DNA of 64,000 nucleotides from Methanomassiliicoccaceae archaeon (GTDB lineage Archaea; Thermoplasmatota; Thermoplasmata; Methanomassiliicoccales; Methanomassiliicoccaceae): NCBI GenBank assembly GCA_963728405.1, contig CAVSJV010000007.1, positions 96,001 to 160,000 of the forward strand, read 5' to 3'. Shown piece by piece: positions 59,581 to 64,000 of this stretch (position 1 is its first letter; each line of letters starts with the position of its first letter). The notes under the pieces were generated by a model. It saw only the letters and a program-made list of their open reading frames with translations, ran no database searches and was not told where the DNA came from. The position numbers and the translations under genes were made by a program.

Positions 59581-59928
59581 TCATACCCAGTACCGACCCG
59601 ATGATGTAGCCTCCGCCGAGGAACAGGGCCAGCAGGGAAAAGATGATGATCGATGCCCCTGTAATGACGTGTGTCGATCTGGAGCCCTGGTCAGCGCATA
59701 GGCCGAGGAGTAGACGATAATGCCCAGGATCACTAACATGATTCCCAGGAAAACCACTGATATGCCCACTCCCAGGCTGCTGGTCAGGATGGCGTAATAG
59801 ATCGAGCTGAAGAAGATCGCTACCAGGCCCTGGATGATGATTATGCTTCCCCCTATCATCGATAGGAAGAAACCAGCCCGCGAATAGGTCGCAGGCGCTT
59901 TATATTCGACCTTTTGTGTTGTCGTCAT
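59581..59928 (-). CDS. Small membrane protein (frameshift near 59670)
   Basis: AGFFLSMIGGSIIII and further TM segments, ending GGG.IIGSVLG in the shifted frame. Confidence 0.55.
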   Translation of the reverse strand: MTTTQKVEYKAPATYSRAGFFLSMIGGSIIIIQGLVAIFFSSIYYAILTSSLGVGISVVFLGIMLVILGIIVYSSAYALTRAPDRHTSLQGHRSSSFPCWPCSSAEATSSGRYWV

Positions 59929-60377
59929 TTCAAACCTCCGTTTTTGGATCGGCCGCTTACTCGGCTTCCCCAGTTGTTTTTGCTAGGTGCCTAGATTAAT
60001 ACGTAATCTGACCAATAGTCGGAAACGGAGCAAATGAGCGCTATTGGGGGGCGTTTTACCAGGCCATATGGGTCGGTCAGTTCATGAACTGCCTTATTGT
60101 CTATCCGATCCGAAGGGCGCATTTAGAGGAGGGGGCCCCGGTAGGGGCCCTGTATTGAACGGATGCGAACTTTGGGGCAGCATCGCTTTCCGACTCGCTC
60201 GGGAATCTGGACCTGAATGTCAACCTCCACACATCGGCGGCCGGATGTCCATGGATGGGGTCAAGGAGGAACTGGATCTGTCGACCCATGTGCTTCTGAG
60301 GATCTGCAATGGAGGGATAGTGTCATTGAAACTAGGGTTGCCCGAGATGATGGATGAGATCCTGTTCCGGTCTCGGT

Positions 60378-60415
60378 GGAAGGGGGGCCATGATCCCGGC
60401 CCCCTTCCTTTTTTA
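60378..60415 (+). terminator. GC-rich hairpin followed by a T-run
   Basis: GGAAGGGGGGCC...GGCCCCCTTCC-TTTTTT just downstream of the 60448 gene end. Confidence 0.4.
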
Positions 60416-60447
60416 CTATAGGTTAAAAAAAGTGAAAGGTTTTTTCC

Positions 60448-61080
60448 TTACTTGCAGGCCTGGTCCCTGGACTGCTGCCTGAGCTGGTCCTGGTCGCCCG
60501 AACCGTCGGAGAGGCGGTCCCGGCTCTGGGTCCTGTCCTGGGTCAGATCACAGGTGCCGTTCTGGCCACAGATCTGGTTACCCGTCTGGGTTTGGGCCTG
60601 ATTCATGACCTGGAAAGTTTCTCCCTTCATTTGGCCCCAGTTCCACTGGTGCATCTTGACGATGTTCATCTCATCATCGCTGAGATTTCCATGGGAGAAT
60701 CCCTTGAGCCCATTGCGCTCAGCGAACATCCAGTACTTCCCCTCAGGACGCTCGAAGGTCACGGTCCCGTTGCCATCGGTCTGGCCACGGATCGTGTTCA
60801 TTACCGTCATCGCGGTACGTTCCTGTTCGCGGACAATGTTCATCTCGCAGATGGTCACATTCGCGCCTACCATGGGCACATCTTGCCCGTTCACTCTAGA
60901 ACATACCTGTATCGATAGGTTTGATGGATCGGTTGCACTGCCTTCATCGCCCACAGTGATCATGGGCGTGCCATCATTGGTCGCTGAAGCGGTGCTCGAG
61001 GTCATCAGGACGGCGGCCAGCCCAGCAACGGCAAGGACGGCCACGGCCCCGATGGCCATTAGCTTGGTGGTTAGCTTCAT
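60448..61080 (-). CDS. Secreted/membrane-anchored hypothetical protein with a prealbumin-like domain and QDR-rich tail
   Basis: Signal-like MKLTTK + hydrophobic stretch; GANVTI...TDGNGTVTF...GKY; tail QDRTQSRDRL.DGSGDQDQLRQQSRDQ. Confidence 0.65.
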   Translation of the reverse strand: MKLTTKLMAIGAVAVLAVAGLAAVLMTSSTASATNDGTPMITVGDEGSATDPSNLSIQVCSRVNGQDVPMVGANVTICEMNIVREQERTAMTVMNTIRGQTDGNGTVTFERPEGKYWMFAERNGLKGFSHGNLSDDEMNIVKMHQWNWGQMKGETFQVMNQAQTQTGNQICGQNGTCDLTQDRTQSRDRLSDGSGDQDQLRQQSRDQACK

Positions 61081-61488
61081 TTTGTTTGCCTCCAAGTGAG
61101 GTCACCGTCTTGAGGGTATATCCGAGGTCGGAAAGAATCGTATGTACGATTCATCCATGTAGATGGAGGTTGGCCCACAAGGAATGCAAGGTCCGAACAT
61201 ATTAAGGCCCATTTTGCCGTCGGGATCGTTCAGGAGCAACAATATGGGATCAACCGGCCCGATAACGGCCCATGGTACTGGGCATCGACAAGGGCCGACC
61301 ACTTCATAAAATGGTTCGGCGGGGCGATGATCCATCGAAATCTTCCTGGATGTTGGCTGGACTGTTTAGCCCCATTGCCTGGGCCGGAACTGCTTGTTCT
61401 TGGTCCGTTCCGTGGTCCACAATATTTTGGAGATTATTCTATATAGGTAGAAATGACAAATCATTACAATCCAGTTGTAGAAACTGGA

Positions 61489-62073
61489 ATGGAGTTGACT
61501 TATTTGGCCGTTGAAAGCATGCGAGATAGAAGATGGGGCAGAATGGCCTTCGGGATAATAGCCTTGATATTCGGGCTGGCTTTTCTTCTGGTTCCTGGGT
61601 TCACTCTGGTCCTGTTCCTGGTCCTGTTCGGCATATTCATGATATTTGCCGGGCTGGTCCTCATAGGGTTCAGCCGGTCCCGGACTCGAGGTACTCATCG
61701 GACCTTGAATGTGGTCGAAGGCATAATCGATATAGCGATCGGCATCATTGCCATATTCGCGCCGGGTTTCACTTCCCTTCTAGCCATCTACTTGGTCGGT
61801 GCGTTTCTGATCATTGCGGGCATCTTCCAGCTCTTTGAGGGCATCATTGCTCCACGGGGCACACAGACCTTCGGGACGTCCAACCGGTGGATATTGGCCG
61901 GCGGAGGCCTACTATCCCTCGTGATCGGGGTGGCCATCGTCCTGTTCCCCGAAGCAGGGATTCTTGCCATCCTGTGGATCATCGGCATATTCCTGGTGAT
62001 AATCGGCATCATCAACATCGTATCTGGGCTGCGGATGCGCTCGGCCACCATGCCAACGACCACCACGAGGTAG
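61489..62073 (+). CDS. HdeD/DUF308 family membrane protein
   Basis: Repeated GI..I.FG...P..T..L..LFG.F.I..G units. Confidence 0.8.
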   Translation: MELTYLAVESMRDRRWGRMAFGIIALIFGLAFLLVPGFTLVLFLVLFGIFMIFAGLVLIGFSRSRTRGTHRTLNVVEGIIDIAIGIIAIFAPGFTSLLAIYLVGAFLIIAGIFQLFEGIIAPRGTQTFGTSNRWILAGGGLLSLVIGVAIVLFPEAGILAILWIIGIFLVIIGIINIVSGLRMRSATMPTTTTR

Positions 62074-62161
62074 CCAAACCATTTCCTATCAACTTTTTAT
62101 GTAGGATTCCTTCATATATCGAATATATCTAGGGAGCATTAGGGGTTAGCACAGGTGCCTC

Positions 62162-62818
62162 ATGTTCCCACCTCATTGGTTCCTACCATATGATGCGGCA
62201 TTCCAGTTGCTGACGGCAGTGGTCGCTCTGGCCGTGGCCTTGTACGCTTTGCGGGGTTACGGATGGATCCGTGAAAGGACACTCTACGCACTGTTCTTGG
62301 CCTTCCTGCTGCTAGCTGTAGGTCTTTTCATAAACGGGGTAACGTTATCCTATGCCTCTCTGACAGGAGTTTCGTTCTCCAGCAACGGCTCTTCATCCTC
62401 CATTGCTGACATCGGTTTCTGGGCCTACTACCTGATGAGCATCTTAGCCTTCTCGCTCCTGGTCTTTGCCTATACTAACAGGCTAAGGGAGTCATCCTTG
62501 GCCTTGGCGGGGGCAGGCTTGGGCAGGGGCGGCAATGGTGGGTCGGCGGGAACATATCTGGTAATGGCCGGGCCGATCATGGAGCTCGTCCTGGTGATCT
62601 TACTCTTCATCATCATCGTGGCCCAGCTGGCCCATATGGCCATCAGGCGTAGCAAATATTCCATCATGGTGACCCTGAGCTTCACGTTGCTTCTATTGAG
62701 CCACATGCTGTTCATGATCAGCTCGATCGAGGACAGTATCTATGTGGTCGGTCGGATTTTAGAGCTAGCTGGTTTCTTGGCCTTGCTGGCAGTGTTGGTC
62801 GGCCTCAGGAGGGCTTGA
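62162..62818 (+). CDS. Multi-pass membrane protein
   Basis: About 7 hydrophobic segments; stop overlaps the next start. Confidence 0.7.
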   Translation: MFPPHWFLPYDAAFQLLTAVVALAVALYALRGYGWIRERTLYALFLAFLLLAVGLFINGVTLSYASLTGVSFSSNGSSSSIADIGFWAYYLMSILAFSLLVFAYTNRLRESSLALAGAGLGRGGNGGSAGTYLVMAGPIMELVLVILLFIIIVAQLAHMAIRRSKYSIMVTLSFTLLLLSHMLFMISSIEDSIYVVGRILELAGFLALLAVLVGLRRA

Positions 62819-63102
62819 TGACGGAGCCGCAGAAATATCGGTCGAAGGGACGAATCTTCGCCGACATCCTCCGGGCGGTCCAGGAGAGCGGAGCGGCCAA
62901 GGTGACCCATATTCTATACAGGGCGAACCTGTCGCATGACCGCCTGATCAAATATCTAGCCCAACTGGAGGAAACGGGTCTCATCGTCCGCTCGCAGGAA
63001 GGGGACAGGACGTTCTATTCGATAACGGAGAAGGGGATCAAATTCATGGCCGAGTTCAGAAGGATGGAAGAATTTGCCGATGCGTTCGGCTTGGATATAT
63101 AA
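62818..63102 (+). CDS. Winged-helix DNA-binding protein (HTH_45/ArnR1-like)
   Basis: YRSK..I.ADIL...THILYRANLS...YL..L...GLI...YSITEKG. Confidence 0.85.
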   Translation: MTEPQKYRSKGRIFADILRAVQESGAAKVTHILYRANLSHDRLIKYLAQLEETGLIVRSQEGDRTFYSITEKGIKFMAEFRRMEEFADAFGLDI

Positions 63103-63250
63103 ACAATTATCTGGCTCGATAATTTTAATAGAACAGCGATGGGAACGGCGATAGTTTTTATTAACCCCTCCTCAATATTCCATTGAGGAGTCCCCGTGGA
63201 CCTTCTCCAACTTCCCCACCATTTCTTTAATCTTCGGGGGCTCCTCTCAT

Positions 63251-63739
63251 TTATCCTAATTTTCGGTTCAGATGCCAGATCGAAGCGTTGAGCGCCGCGG
63301 CGATGCTGACCCAAGCGATATAGGGGAGGAGGAGCAAGGCCGCGTTCGCGGAAACGTTCCAGAACGCCGCGATAGTGACGGCGATGCAGGTCCACAACAG
63401 GGCGATCTCAGCCAGACCCAGGCGGGGAGAACGTCTCGCGAAGAAGAAGTAGTTCCAGACGATGTTCAGGACCAGCTGGATGGCGAAAACGATCAACGGT
63501 ATGGTCACATCCTGACCGCTCGATCCTCGCTCGATCACCAGGAATAGGGAGAATCCCATCAGTGCGAACAGGATGGTCCAGATCACTCCGATCAGGTATC
63601 CGGGCGGGGTGAACGAAGGCTTGCGGAGGGAATCGAACCAGGTGAGCCCCCTCCGGGTCCACACCGAGCCGATCACCCCGGCCGCCTCGCAAAGGGCGAC
63701 GCAGACGATCAACAGAATGGCGGCAGAGGCGAGGTCCAC
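63251..63739 (-). CDS. tspO: TspO/MBR tryptophan-rich sensory protein
   Basis: WF..LRKPSFTPP, IWT.LF..MG, QL.LN..W..FF, LLPY.AW. Confidence 0.88.
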   Translation of the reverse strand: MDLASAAILLIVCVALCEAAGVIGSVWTRRGLTWFDSLRKPSFTPPGYLIGVIWTILFALMGFSLFLVIERGSSGQDVTIPLIVFAIQLVLNIVWNYFFFARRSPRLGLAEIALLWTCIAVTIAAFWNVSANAALLLLPYIAWVSIAAALNASIWHLNRKLG

Positions 63740-63740
63740 G

Positions 63741-64000
63741 CTACCGACACCCCGACCGGCCCTCATACTGGCACGCGATCTTCCTTATGATCTCCTGGGT
63801 CTCCAAAGGCGGTCCGGTGGTGTTGACCATGTGCACCTCGCACTCCTCCAGGAAGCTGCGATAGAACCTGGCTCGGAGGTCGACCTTGCGCTTGTCGCTG
63901 ACCAGTTGATGAGGATTGCAGAAGTTGTTCGCGGAGAGGTAATCCATCGCCTCTTCGGTGTCCATCCGTCTCACGATCCTCTTGTCCTCCGCGTCGCGCT
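63741..64000 (-). CDS. Partial hypothetical protein (C-terminal part; runs off the window edge)
   Basis: Open frame from the window end; FCNPHQLV...MVNT. Confidence 0.6.
   Translation of the reverse strand, partial: RDAEDKRIVRRMDTEEAMDYLSANNFCNPHQLVSDKRKVDLRARFYRSFLEECEVHMVNTTGPPLETQEIIRKIACQYEGRSGCR

Noticed and set aside
60044-60421. 125-aa plus-strand ORF
   Set aside because: No motif, weak start, and it runs through a terminator-like hairpin.

Overview
Chromosomal window of a GC-rich methanogenic archaeon, most consistent with Methanomassiliicoccales (Thermoplasmatota). That placement is inferred from hdrBC, eS1/eL37/Sm, PAC2, BHB-intron tRNAs and gene style, not from a database search. 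Positions 1-34,400 are mostly core genes (adk, hdrCB, pyrC, purF, pdaD, transporters, proteases), plus a solo TnpB element and a Rab-like GTPase/V4R-DUF835 pair. An integration hotspot starts at tRNA-Ala(GGC) (34,426). It holds a 9.3-kb integrative element (tyrosine integrase, replication-type ATPase, AT-rich restriction-modification/HNH cargo), followed by two short att-bounded units carrying an MtrA-like gene and a cysteine synthase. The main observation: in the integrated state the integrase stop codon comes from the antisense tRNA T-loop. Each of the three downstream att copies is preceded by an exactly 93-nt reading frame that looks codon-conserved and would add a 29-aa C-terminal tail to the integrase only in the excised (attP) form, i.e. 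a probable recombination-controlled integrase tail switch. The right part holds accessory genes, a tRNA-Arg(TCT) with two BHB introns, a tRNA-Trp with an intron-encoded C/D guide, and a second decayed integrase of the same design. Many single-base frameshifts, even in essential genes, point to long-read indel errors, so pseudogene calls are cautious.
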